DNA of 64,000 nt from Mobula hypostoma. Lineage: Eukaryota. The DNA lies in NCBI RefSeq assembly GCF_963921235.1, contig NC_086108.1, positions 51,524,001 to 51,588,000 of the forward strand. The letters are read 5' to 3'. The translations under genes and the position numbers were made by a program. This document shows, in pieces, positions 12,301 to 24,190 of this stretch. A model generated the notes under the pieces. It was not told the origin of the DNA and searched no databases. It worked only from the letters and a program-made list of their open reading frames with translations. The first letter of the stretch is position 1, and each line of letters starts with the position of its first letter.

Positions 12301-13998
12301 CAGATTGCCACTGCTTGCCCATTCCTATTTGTCCAACCAGTGGTCCTCTTGGCTGCTGGGGCCCCTATCAGTCCCTCAATGCCTGTGGTCCTGCATCATC
12401 ATGAATTTCTTCACAGGTTTGTCATTTTCTGAAGAAGCCACGGTGATTATGGCAGCCGTAGACTGCTTCTAAGGTGGCCCATTTCATTGCCTTCCCCAAG
12501 CTTCTGGCAGACCTGATTCTCCAACATTTGGTTCTCCTCCATGGCTTCCCTTCAGGATATTGTATCAGACTGGGGCCCACAATTCGTATTCTGCTTCTGG
12601 TGAGCCTTCTGCTCCCTCCAGTGGACCTCAGTGAGTCTGTCCTCTGGTTATCATCTGTGGAGAAGCTTCTGCGATGCTTTGCTGCCTCTGACACTTCCAC
12701 GTGGAAGAAGTATCTGCTCTAGGCCAAGCTGACCCACAGTCTACACACCTCCACTGATATGGGTACTTCAGCCTTTGAAGTGCTTCATGGCTACCAACCC
12801 CCGTTGTTCCCCACAGAGGATCCCACAGTGGAAGTCCTGTTGCCAGGGCCCTGATTCACCACTTCCGTAATGCTAGAAGGAGGGCATGGAGGACCATCTT
12901 AACTGCCAACCATGCCCACTCCTGTCAGACCAACTGCCGTCAGTGCCCTGCCAGACTACTCTGGCCTGGGGACCATATCAGGCTGCACACCCGAGACCTG
13001 GCACGGCACACTGCTTCCCACAAGCTCTCATCCTAGTTCATTGATCCCTTTAAGATTACCCATCACATCAAACAAGTCACACACCATCTCCAGCGACCAC
13101 CACCCCTCAGGATCACAACTACCTTCCACGTGTCCTGCCTGAAGCCAATTGTCCATGGACAACTCAACGTACCTTAGCCTGCACCTCTGGAACCCAGGAT
13201 GGTGGTAGGTGGTCCAGTGTACACGGTTCACCAGCCAATGGATTTACATCATCGTGAATGGGATGTGCCAAGTGCCAAGTGGTCCTGATCGACCAAGAAG
13301 GGCTCAGCCCAGAGGAGGGATCTTGGGTGTTGTCCAGTTACATCTTGGATCCACCGCTCATCGGGGAGCCCTACGAGACCCATCCGGGTTATCCTATGTT
13401 ATTGGGCACCGGCTGTAGGCTGGGATGATGCCCGGTCAGGCCTGCTCCCATTGACACCTCCTCTGCACATGCAGGCACCTCCCAGTCTCCAACCAGTGAG
13501 TAGGATTCACCTACTGCTCATCCCAGACTCTTCACCTATTAAACCCCAGTTCCTATCCACAGTCCTTTTTCACTCTTCAAACCAACCAGCCTCAACCAAA
13601 TGCTACCGGCGTAAGTTCACTTATTACCTGTTGTGTTTGGTTTCTGACCTCTTTTGCTTTGTGGTCCCACTGAATCATCTCCACTGCTCTGCTTTTGGGT
13701 CAAGCCTCCTCTGCATTTCTTGACAATCCTTCCAGCACTGAAACTTTAAACCCAATTTATGAATACCACACTCCTATAATTAAATATTGATGAATTTAGA
13801 AGATAATACATTTGTATGAAATTATTCTGACAATTGTCTGAAAGTTTAATTGAACCAAAACCCTGATAAAACTGTGGATGTAAGAAAAGATAAGCAATTA
13901 TTCTTATAAAATTAAGTATGCATTCTCTAAAATTAGCAGCGTCAATGTCTCATTATGACATTTCAAAATCCATTATGTGTCTGCACCATTATCAATAC

Positions 13999-14113
13999 CT
14001 GACTTAGCATAATCAGCCTTCAAGTGTTTCTCATCTATATGTTTTACGTTGGGAATGTCATTAGAAATCGTACTATCAGGTTTCACGGGTCTTCTAGCAC
14101 GCCCTCTCTTCAC
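13999..14113 (-). CDS. Candidate internal coding exon, unidentified
   Basis: AG acceptor (weak), CAG|gtattg donor, open frame VKRGRARRPVKPDSTISNDIPNVKHIDEKHLKADYAKS; locally CpG-containing. Confidence 0.18.
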
Positions 14114-15480
14114 CTTTCAACTGTCTAAAATGACCAAAATGTAGAATTGGTTGGGCAATATGGTAAAGCAGACTCGATGGGCCGAATGGCCTTCTTCTGC
14201 TCCTGTATCTTATGGTCTAAATATTAGGAAGGCTAAAATCATTATCTTTTGTCTGCACCATATATTTCATTCTCTATTCACAGACGTAATTCTTTGATAG
14301 ATAACAGAAACTAAGTTTGGGTTCGGTTTGATTTGAACACAAGCTTTCATTGACTATCATGGGACTATGCAAACTACTATTTACACTCTCAAACAATATT
14401 TAATTCCACATGACAAAAGAGACTACCATTGCTGGAATCTAGAGCATAAAGAGCTGGAGAACTCAGCCTATCAGTAGCATTTGTAGAGGAAAACTCCACC
14501 TCTGCTTCAGGTGATTTATTACTCAAACAGCTATCCATGGTTTTTGCATTTAAAAATTTAAGGCTTTGACATATTGAGAGACAATGAAATTATGTAGATT
14601 CATAAGATAAAGAGTTAGATGACCTGTGGTGTGGAATTGCATATTGGGCAGCAGAGGTTTAGCAGTTAGTCTATAAGATGACATCAGCCATAAAACCACA
14701 CTGTTTAAATAGCAGACTTTTGAAATCAAGACTTGTACTGATGTTTTTTGATTTCCTGAGTGGACTCCTTGAATCAAGTCAATCCACCTCCACTTAAACA
14801 GATAGAAATTCAGGTAAATTATCTTAATGGCTGAGTTTCCTTTAATAATACATGTTTTTCTACTTGTAATTCCTCAAACTGATACCTATTGTCAGTTATA
14901 GCTTTGAGAAAAGCCACCAGCTCAATGAACCAAGACTGTTCTCGTTGTTCATTGTTGAATGATATTACTAATGCTCCAATGTTGACTTTCAAGCACTTGC
15001 CTAATTCTGGGTACTCTCTTGTTATAATGTGTATTTACACATTCTATTAATTTCATCTGGCTTACTTATCTTATAGGCAAGAAATCACAGTTACAGAATT
15101 GCAGAGGAAAGGAGATAAAATTGTTTTAGTGTAGAACTGGTAGCTCTGTGCTCTGAGGTATAAATATTTCACACATGACAGAGGGAGGTGCAAAAAGGTG
15201 TATGATGTTACACCGTGTATCATGGCGAGGATTATGGCAGTACTCAGAGATATTCTGGAGAATGCAGCCGATGAGGCTATATCGATAGAACCTAGCAATA
15301 AGACCGGGGCAACCACTTTAATGGAATCGTATCATAGAGTTCCCAATAGTCAGTGGGCAGTGGAGAAACAGAGTTATTTAGCGATACAGCACAGAATTGT
15401 CCCTTCCAGGCCTTTGAGCACTGCCACCCCAGCTACCCCATCTTAACTCAATTCTAATCACAGGACAATTTACAATGACC

Positions 15481-17922
15481 AGATTACAAACTCAGCACCC
15501 GAGTGCCCTCATTACCATCTCGGGTGACTTCAACCATGTTACCATGGATAGAACACTGCTCAACTTCACGCAGAATGTGAGCTGCACGACCACAGGGGAG
15601 AGGACTCTGGATTTGATGTATGCTAACGTTAAGGATGCATACAGCTCCTCTCCCCTCCCCCCACTGGGAAGGTCAGATCACAACCTGGTGCATCTAAAAC
15701 CCTGCTACGTGCCTCTGGTGAAGAGTAAACCTGCAACCTCGAGGACAGTGAGGAAATGGTCGGAGGAGGTTTATGAGGCGCATCAGGGTTGTTTTGAGGT
15801 GACAGACTGGCAGGCACTCTGTAAGCCACATGGAGAGGATATTGATGGGCTCACAGAGAGCATCACTGATTACATCAACTTCTGTGTGGACTACAATGTT
15901 CTGACAAGAACTGTCCTTTGTTATTCAAATAACAAGCCATGGGTAACAAAGGACATTAAGGACATCCTGAATGCTAAAAAAAGGGTGTTTAGAGATGGGA
16001 ATAGGGAGGAGCTGAGGGCGATACAGAGGGACCTGGAAGCCAGGATCAGGGAGGCTATAGACAGGTACAGGAGGAAGCTTGAGTGGAAACTCCAGCAGAA
16101 CAACATGAGAGAGGTCTGGAGGGGGATGAGGACCATCACTGGGTTCCGGCAAACTAGCAACAGAGGAGCGGAAGGCAGTGTGGACAGGGCCAATGAACTT
16201 AACCTGTTCTTTAACAGATTTGACATTGTGGCCCCTGCCCATCTCCTATATGAGTCATCTGTTGTCGGCCCCCAACCAACACATATTCCACTCTCCCCTC
16301 CTACCCCTCCTCACCGTCCCCCACCCTGCTCTCATGACTATACCCCTTCCCCACACAAAACCACCATGGTGGGCTTCACAGCTGAACAGGTGAGAAGACA
16401 GCTGAAATGTCTCAACCCAAGCAAGGCTGCAGGACCGGATGGTGTCAGTACCAGGGTGCTCAAAGCCTGTGCCCCTCAGCTATGTGGAGTTCTTCGCCAT
16501 GTCTTCAACCTGAGTCTGAGGCTCCAGAGGGTTCCTGTGCTGTGGAAGACATCCTGCCTCGTCCCTGTGCCGAAGACGCCGTGCCCCAGCGGCCTCAATG
16601 ACTACAGACCGGTGGCATTGACCTCCCACATCATGAAGACCTTGGAGAGACTTGTTCTGGAGCTGCTCCGGCCTATGGTCAGGCCACACTTAGATCCCCT
16701 CCAGTTCGCCTACCAGCCCCGACTAGGAGTTGAGGATGCCATCGCCTACCTGCTGAACCGTGTCTACGCCCACCTGGGCAAGCCAGCAAGCACTCTGAGG
16801 GTCATGTTTTTTGACTTCTCCAGTGTGTTCAACACCATCTGCCCTGCTCTGCTGGGGGAGCAGCTGACAGCGATGCAGGTGGATGCTTTCCTGGTGTCAT
16901 GGATTCTTGATTACCTGACTGGCAGACCATGGGTGCTTGTGACACCGTGTGTCCAACAGAGTGATCAGCAGCACTGGGGCTCCACAGGGGACTGTCTTGT
17001 CTCCCTTTCTCTTCACCATTTATACCTCGGGCTTCAACTACTGCAGAGTCTTGTCATCTTCAGAAGTTTTCTGATGACTCTGCCATAGTTGGATGCATCA
17101 GCAAGGGAGATGAGGCTGACTACAGGGCTACGGTAGGAAACTTTGTCACATGGTGTGAGCAGAATTATCTGCAGCTTAATGTGAAAAAGACTAAGGAGCT
17201 GGTGGTAGACCTGAGGAGAGCTAAGGTACCGGTGACCCCGGTTTCCATCCGGGGGTCAGTGTGGACATGGTGGAGGATTACAAATACCTGGGGATACGAA
17301 TTGACAATAAACTGGACTGGTCAAAGAACACTGAGGCTGTCTACAAGAAAGGTCAGAGTCGTCTCTATTTCCTGAGGAGACTGAGGTCCTTTAACATCTG
17401 CCGGACGATGCTGAGGATGTTCCACGAGTCTGCAGTGGTCAGTGCGATCGTGTGTGCTGTTGTGTGCTGGGGCAGCAGGTTGAGGGTAGCAGACACCAAC
17501 AGAATCAACAAACTCTTTTGTAAGGCCAGTGATGTTGTGGGGATGGAATTGGACTCTCTGACGGTGGTGTCTGAAAAGAGGATGCTGTCCAAGTTGCATG
17601 CCATCTTGGACAATGTCTCCCATCCACTACATAATGTACTGGTTGGGCACAGGAGTACATTCAGCCAGAGACTCATTCCACTGAGATGCAACACAGAGCG
17701 TCATAGGAAGTCATTCCTGCCTGTGGCCATCATACTTTACAACTCCTCCCTTGGAGGGTCAGATACCCTGAGTCCATCCTGATCTTATTTCCTGGCATAA
17801 TTTACGTATTACTATTTAACTATTTATGGTTTTATTACTATTTAATTATTTATGGTGCAACTGCAACGAAAACCAATTTCCCCCGGGATCAATAAAGTAT
17901 GATTATGACTATGATTATGACT
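15481..17922 (+). mobile_element. Rex1/Babar-clade LINE, 5'-truncated, endonuclease C-terminus plus RT with a few frameshifts
   Basis: ORF 15475-17088 (ISGDFNH, GRSDHNLV, KAAGPDG, NDYRPVALTS, DPLQFAY, MFFDFSS) and ORF 17261-17782 (YKYLG, QSRLYFLRRLRSF). Ends in AATAAA plus a (TATGA[C/T])n tail. Inserted into an older short repeat (~15372-15480 / 17923-17955). Confidence 0.92.
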
Positions 17923-18280
17923 AACCTACCCGGAATGTCTTTGCACTGTGGGAGATGTATAGGCAGATTGCAGAAGTGTGTGAAAGCAGTAGGATTATAG
18001 TAATAGGGGATATTAACTTTTCCAATATTGTCCAAAGTTGGAATTCGTAAAAGAAAATTTTTGAAGCAACGTCGGAATCTTATTTAAGGATGAAGCTGTT
18101 CTAAACCTTTAAGTGTTATAGGGAATTTTGGAAATGAAGTTAAGAAGGCAAAAGGGTGCCATGAAATAACCTTGGCTTGTAAAATTAAGGAGAATTCTAA
18201 AACCTTTTGTAGGTATGTTAGAAGAAGGAGGGTTGCTAAGAAAAGAGAGTGACTGAAGAAACAATATGTGTGGAGTGTAT

Positions 18281-18466
18281 GGGGTGTCAGGGAGGGGTAG
18301 CACCTCTGGTGGGGGAACATGTTGCGTCCTTTTCAGGGCAGTTTGTCCACCTTTGGTCCCCACCTGGCACTCAGCTCTCACCTGTGGCTCCCTGTAGCTG
18401 TTTACATGCAACAGAGGCCACACCCCAGGCAACGGCTTTGACAAGCCGTCTAAACCAGGTGAGGGT
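18281..18466 (+). ncRNA. Predicted HDV-like self-cleaving ribozyme (nested double pseudoknot)
   Basis: P1 GGGGTGT(18281-87)/ACACCCC(18420-26); P2 GCTCTCACCTG(18374-84)/CAGGTGAGGGT(18456-66); P3 GGC(18386-88)/GCC(18417-19); L3 begins TCC; AGGCAA follows P1; P4 ACGGCTT-tgac-AAGCCGT; J4/2 C18450-TAA. Confidence 0.72.
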
Positions 18467-18791
18467 AGCCGACGGGTCTCAAACCCTCGGTGAGATAGGG
18501 AGTTGTCTATCCCAGCATGTGAAGACAGACTCTGGCGGACTGAGCGGATGAGACCAATGGAAGGTCCAACGGTCAAGAAGGCGGTCTCTGCAAGCTTCGT
18601 GGAACGTGTAGAGCACGACAAGACACAGAATATGTCCTGGTCATCCACTGCACCTAGTCCCATCTCCAGCCGTCTCGACTCTTGTCTTGCCACTGGATCC
18701 AGATGGGAATTGGGAAGAGAGAGTGAGGCTGAGGCTGTGCAACTCCCCCTCACTTAAATCCAAATTACGCGCCAGTCTCAGCACCATCATA

Positions 18792-18931
18792 GCCGGCTGG
18801 TAGCGTAGTGACATCAGCGCTGGACTTTAGGGCGAAGGTTCCCGAGTTCGAATCCAGTTGAGCCGCTCCCAGGCATGCATTCCATCCGTGCCGGGTTGAG
18901 TGTTGAGCTAGCAACTCGACCTCATAAAAAG
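18792..18931 (+). mobile_element. tRNA-derived SINE (copy 1)
   Basis: A-box-like TAGCGTAGTGA and B-box GAGTTCGAATCC; homologous to the copy at 19074. Confidence 0.75.
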
Positions 18932-19073
18932 TACTAATGGTGTCAAGGTCTTCATTGATGATGATGGATGAACCTTATATGTGTGGAGTGAGGTCCTAAG
19001 TTAATACTTCTCAGTGTTCACAATGGAGAAGGATCTGGAGGGTAAAGCCTTAAGAGAGTATACTGATATTCTA

Positions 19074-19271
19074 GCTGGCTGGTGGTATAGTGGCATCAGC
19101 ACCGGACTTCAGAGCAGAGGCTCCCAAGTTCAAATCTTTCTATCCGTGCTGGTTTGAGTATCGAGCTAGCAACTCGGCCTCGTAAAAATAAGAAAGCCTG
19201 CTTTAAAAAAAAACGCCGTCATGACGGCATCCTGATGACTCCACTCGAAGTTAAGGGTTTTCTATCTATCT
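19074..19271 (+). mobile_element. tRNA-derived SINE (copy 2) with a (TCTA)n tail
   Basis: A-box TGGTATAGTGG, B-box AAGTTCAAATC; shares gagctagcaactcg[g/a]cctc[g/a]taaaaa with copy 1. Confidence 0.75.
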
Positions 19272-20189
19272 GGAGCAAGTATGTATTAGGAAGGAGTAAG
19301 TGTTTGGAATAATGGTGTTCATTATTGAAAAAGCGGTAGAAGAAATAAAACTGGAAGCTAGAGGGTGGCATATATTACATCAGAGAAATTGTTGAGGAAA
19401 ATTCAAAGGGCAGGATCTAATTTCACTTGGAAAGGCAGATAGGAGAAATAAACATGGTTTAGTGCAGGCAGATATCATTGTATGAATCAGATTTGGGCTT
19501 TTATTTCCCCCCGGAGTTAACTCAGGAAAATAATGAAGGCAGAGTAGTACATGTAGCTTATGTGGACTTTATTAACAGGTCCTGCATTATAGACTTGTCT
19601 AGGAGGTTAAGGCACAAAGAATACAAGGTGTGTTGGCAAACTGAATGCAAAATTGGCTTGATGATGGGATGCAAAGGATAATGGTGAAGAGGCAATTTTC
19701 TGAGCGAAAAATCTGTAAGTGGTGTCCTGCAAGGATTGGTGCTGAGACATTGGTTATTTGTTTTAAATAAACTACTTGGATGAGAATGTAGGAGGCCTGA
19801 TTAGTAAATTTGTAGAAGACATGAAAATTGGTGGAGGCATAGATAGTGAAGATGGTTGTCTAAGGATATAGCTGGAGAGAGATCAGCTGGAAAGTTGGGC
19901 AGGATGTGACAAGTGGAATTTAATCCATACAAGTGTGAGATAATGCACTTTGGGAAGTTAAATTCTGGTAGGATATATGGAGTGAATGACAAGGACCTTT
20001 GGAGCATTGACTGAGAGGGGTCTTATGGTACAAGTCCATAGCTCACTGAGAGCTGGAGATAGAGTAATAAAGAAGGCATTTGATGTGCTTGCCTTTATGT
20101 GCTGAGGCATTGAGTACAGAGTTGGGACATATTGTTATTATTGTACAAAATACTGATTACACTGCACTCAGAATACTGTTTACAGTTCT

Positions 20190-20580
20190 ACATAAGAACA
20201 TAAGAAATAGGAGCAGGAGTAAGCCATCTGGCCCGTCGAACTTGCTCTGCCATTCAATAAGATCATGGCTGATCTGGCCATGGACTCATCTCCACCTACC
20301 TGCCTTTTCCCCATAACCCACAATTCCCCGACTATGCAAAAATCTATCCAACCTTGTCTTAAATATATTTACTAAGATAGCCTCCACTGCTTCATTGGGT
20401 AGAGAATTCCACAGATTCACCACTCTCGGGGAAAAGCAGTTCCTTCTCATCTCCATCCTAACTCTACTCCCCTGAATTTTGAGGCTATGTCTCCTAGTTA
20501 TAATCTCACCTACCAGTGGAAACAACTTTCCTGCCTCTATCGTATCTACCCCTTTCTATAAGATCTCCTCTCATCCTTCT
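20190..20580 (-). mobile_element. CR1 3' fragment
   Basis: Tail cataagaacataagaa; ORF RRNCFSPRVVNLWNSLP. Confidence 0.85.
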
Positions 20581-21254
20581 GATTGCCATTCTGCAAGATG
20601 CGGCAGTAATAGAGAAAGTGCAGAAAAGATTCATCAGGATGTTTCCTGGAATAGAGGACTGTATTATAACAAGAGCAGATAAAATGTTTTTATTTTTACT
20701 GGAAAGCAGAGGGCAGAAGGGTGGCCTTATAGAAATTTATAAAATTATGAATGGTATAGATAGGATAGTTTGTCAGAAGCTTTTTCCCCAGGGTAGGGAA
20801 GTCTATAATTAGGGGACACATGATTAAGGGTGAGGCAGAGAAACTTCAAGGAGAATGGAGGAGCAGAATCTTTTTCACACACAGAATTGTGGATACCTGG
20901 AGCAAGCTTTCAGAGGAGGAAGTGGAAGCAGACACAATTACAATGTTTGAGAAGCTCTTGGGCAGGTACTTCGATGTAGGCAAATGAGACATCATGGTCG
21001 GCATAGCTGAGGCAGCTGGGCGTGTCTGTTTCTGTGCCGTACAATCTTATGATTCTATAAAACATTAACTCATTCACTTGGCTTTTTACAGCACCATGCT
21101 CACAGTCAAGTTGTCACAGGTGGCCTCACACAGGTATGGGAGTGAGAGATTTAAAGGAAGGAGGTCTCACAGGATTTTGGCTTTCATCAGCAGCACAGTC
21201 ATGAATCATTAGCAGGGACAAGTGGAGTGACCATTGTTGGAGTTGTCCAGAGTC

Positions 21255-22331
21255 TGTCATAAGGTGGTGGCTGGGAACAGACCCAAGTGCAAGACACAGA
21301 CACTGAAGTACTAGGGACAGGACTAGGATACAGGGTGAGGGCTAGGACATGGACACGAAAACCGGGAATCCGGAACAGGACTGGACAAGAGAGCTAGGAG
21401 CCCAGGCTTGGACTCCAAGCCAGAGACAGGACAAGGACCCAGAACCTAGGTCTTGCCTCTGGCTCGGACCCCAGAACTAGGCAAGGACGTGACTTGGCGG
21501 GCAGGCAGGACAAGGCTGGAGTCTTCAGACTTGAGGCAAGGCTGGAGACCAGAGACTTGAGGCGAGGCTGGAGATCAGAGACTTGAAACTAGAGACTTGA
21601 GGTGATGCTTGAGGCTTGGAGTCTTGAAGTTTGGCTTCGGGCGAGGCTCGGCTAGAGACTTGAGGCGAGGCGAGGTTAGGGGCTTGGGGTCTTGAAGCTC
21701 CTCCTGGGCAGGGCGCGGATCTTCACCCGACGGAGGCAAGGGGCAGGAAGGGACAGAACCAACCGTACGTAACGGCAAGTTGGCCTGGCTTACCCGACGG
21801 AGGCAAGGGACAGGAAGGGACAGAACCAACCGTAGGTAATGGCAATACGGCCTGGCTTACCCAACGGAGGCAAGGGACAGGAAGGGACAGAACCAACCAT
21901 AGGGTAACAGCAAGACGGCCCAGCTTACCCAACTGAGGCAAGGGACAGGAAGGGAGCTAGGTACAGGGTGGCTCCAAGACAAGACTTCAGGCGAGGTGAG
22001 GCAAGAGTTACCGGCAAGACAAGGCAAGGCTTCAGGCAATGCAAGGCAAGACAAGAACTTCAGGCGAGGCGAGAGTTACCAGCAAGACAAGCCAAGGCTT
22101 CAGGCGAGGAAACAGAAGGCAGGGGAAGGGATACAAGGAGTAAGGACAAGAACAATCCAGCCGCCACGCCCTGATCTCTGGAGGTATTTATGCAGCCAGC
22201 CCCAACGAGAATCAGCTGCCTCAATTAGTGCTCCTCAGGAACAGAAACAGGGTAGACCGGAAAACCTGGAGCAAGGGTCAATGGACCGGACGGTGAACCA
22301 GAATGCGGACTTCACGGACCGGACCATGACA
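21255..22331. mobile_element. Solo LTR (1077 bp) with internal tandem repeats
   Basis: Terminal inverted repeat TGTCAT…ATGACA; 5-bp TSD GAGTC (21250-21254 / 22332-22336). Confidence 0.88.
21722..21955. repeat. ~59-bp tandem repeat, about 4 copies, inside the solo LTR
   Basis: Recurring unit ttacccgacggaggcaagggacaggaagggacagaaccaaccgta…ggcctggc. Confidence 0.9.
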
Positions 22332-24190
22332 GAGTCAGAGAAGGAAGGCTTTAGATCATGAAGCTTCAGTGAGAACAGGGTTGAGTGAGGTAAGTAGCTG
22401 GTAAGTTTCTTCATCATCTGTTAGTTCATAGTTAGATCATTGAGAATGGCTCCAGAGGATGTGTTGAGTTCTTTGTATGAGACATGGGAATTCTGGGAGA
22501 CCTCCAGCCTCCCAAATAACCACATCAGCACCAGGTGCACCAAGCTGCACATCCTCAGAGAACGTTTCAATGACTGGGACTGCAGCTTGACGACCTTCGG
22601 CTCATATGGGAAACTGAGGAGGTGATAGACAGGAGTTACAGGGAGGTAGTCATCCCTAAGTTGCAGGAGGCAGGTACCTGGGTGACTGTCAGGGAGGGAA
22701 GGAAAATGGCAGCCATTCCCCTCAATAGTAAGTATACCATTTTACATGCTGTTGAGGAGGATGATCTACTCATTAGTGGGGGAGCGGGAGAGGGAGCTGC
22801 AGTGACCAGGTCTCTGGCACTGAGTCTGACTCTATGGCTCAGAAGGGAAGGGGAGAAGACGACTGCAAAAGTGATAGGGGATTCCATAGTTAGAGTACTG
22901 GACATGAGATCCTATGGATGCGATAGAGACAACCGGATAGTATATTGCCTATCAGGTGCCAGGGTCAGGGACGTCTCAGGTCCCTCCACTACATTCTAAA
23001 GGGGGAAAATTTGTGGCCAGAAGTCTTGGTACATATTGGTACCAATGACATAGATAGGAAAAGCGAGGAACTGATAATAAGAGTATATAGGGAGATAGGT
23101 AGGAAGCTGAAGAGCAGGACCTCCTGGACTGCTGCCTGTACCACACACCAGCGAGGGTAAGAATGGGATGATTTAGGAGATGAATGCGTGGCTGAGAAAT
23201 TGGTGCAGGAGATAGGATCTCAGATTTCTGGATCACTGGGACCTGTTCTGGGAAAGCATGACCTGTATGAAATCGACAGATTACAGCTACACCCGAGGAG
23301 GGCCAACATCCTTGTAGGCAGGTTTGCTAGAGCTGTTGGGGGGGTGTAAACTAATATGGGAACCGGAGTGTTAGAGCAGATGCAGAGTGTAGTGAGACTG
23401 TTAGGAAGGACAAGCAGGCGACAGGGCAAACTTGTAGTCAGTAGGATGAGTTGCAGTGTAAGAGGGGTCAGAATTGAATTGGGTGATGGATGCAGGGCTG
23501 AAGGTGTTATGTTTGAATGCACACAGTATTCAAAATAAAGTAGATGAACTTGTAGTGCAGTTAGAGATTGGCATGTACGAACTTTGTGGGCATCACTGAG
23601 TCGTGGCTGGAAGAAGATTATAATTGGGCGTTTAACATTGAAGGATACAAATTGTATCGAAAGTACAGGCAGGTTGGCAGAGGGGGTCACGTTCCTCTTT
23701 TGGTAAAAAATGAAATCAGATCACTAAAAAGAGGTGGCATAGGGTCGGAAGATGTAGAATCCTTGTGGGTAGAGTTAAGAAACCAAAAGGGTAAAAAGAT
23801 GCTGATGAGAGTTATATACAGGCCTCTGAACAATAGCCAGGATGTGGGCTACAAGTTACAACGGGTGATAGAAAATGTATGTAAAAAGGACAACATTATG
23901 GGAGTCATGGGGGATTTCAATAAGCAGGTTGATTGGGAAAATCAAGTTGGTGCTGGATCCCAAGAGAGAGAATTTGTAGAATGCCGACAGGGTGGTTTTT
24001 TAGAGCAGTTTGTGGTTGAGTCACTAGGGGATCAGCTATTCTGGATTGGGTGTTGTGTAATGAACTGGATTTGATTAGGGAGCTTAAGATAAAGGAACCC
24101 TTAGGAGACAGTGCTCATAATATGATAGTTTTCACCCTGCAGTTCAAGACGGAGAAGCTAAAGTCAGATGTACCAGCAGAGCAAAGGGAA

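Larger units (their letters stand above)
7254..13725 (+). mobile_element. Degenerate Ty3/Gypsy LTR retrotransposon (sushi/chromovirus-like), interrupted by a CR1 and two solo LTRs
   Basis: LTRs 7254-7535 and 13397-13725 both start TGTTATT, end TGACA and share internal blocks (ggcacctcccagtctcca). Gag remnants (IPVPECFD; RTLAADCGRNAEALVAHY), RT (QGDEWKTVFITPTSHHEYL), RNase H ([26 protein letters not shown]) and integrase (GHPSARRTLDFL…QFWWP), with many stops and frameshifts. Confidence 0.88.
18278..18976 (+). mobile_element. Non-autonomous retroelement (RTE-5'UTR-like by inference) with a 5' HDV-like ribozyme and a (GAT)n tail
   Basis: 14-bp TSD ATATGTGTGGAGTG at 18264-18277 and 18977-18990; tail gatgatgatggatg; no recognisable RT coding; contains a tRNA-SINE at ~18792-18931. 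Confidence 0.8.
17960..21060 (+). mobile_element. Old, highly degenerate CR1-type LINE that hosts several younger insertions
   Basis: Scattered ORF2 remnants (gtaataggggat…ttaac, aaggagaattctaaaaccttttgtaggtat, LEKVQKRFIRMFPG-like) and a CR1-like 3' end near 21050. Confidence 0.7.

Noticed and set aside
7536..13390. Domesticated sushi-derived gene (PEG10/RTL-like)
   Set aside because: gag and pol contain many stops, frameshifts and insertions, and LTR remnants persist.
13999..14025. PARP-type zinc finger suggested by KADYAKSG
   Set aside because: Only a short motif match; no following CxxC exon was found.
18109..18757. ORFs of 214, 100 and 84 aa over the ribozyme-headed element
   Set aside because: No recognisable domain; two of them cross the element boundary, and they are consistent with chance ORFs in GC-richer sequence.
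18792..19140. tRNA genes
   Set aside because: A/B boxes are present, but there is no complete cloverleaf and they continue into a SINE body.
19230..19258. Hammerhead in the SINE tail (CTGATGA…GAAG)
   Set aside because: No GAAA core and no convincing stems I-III.
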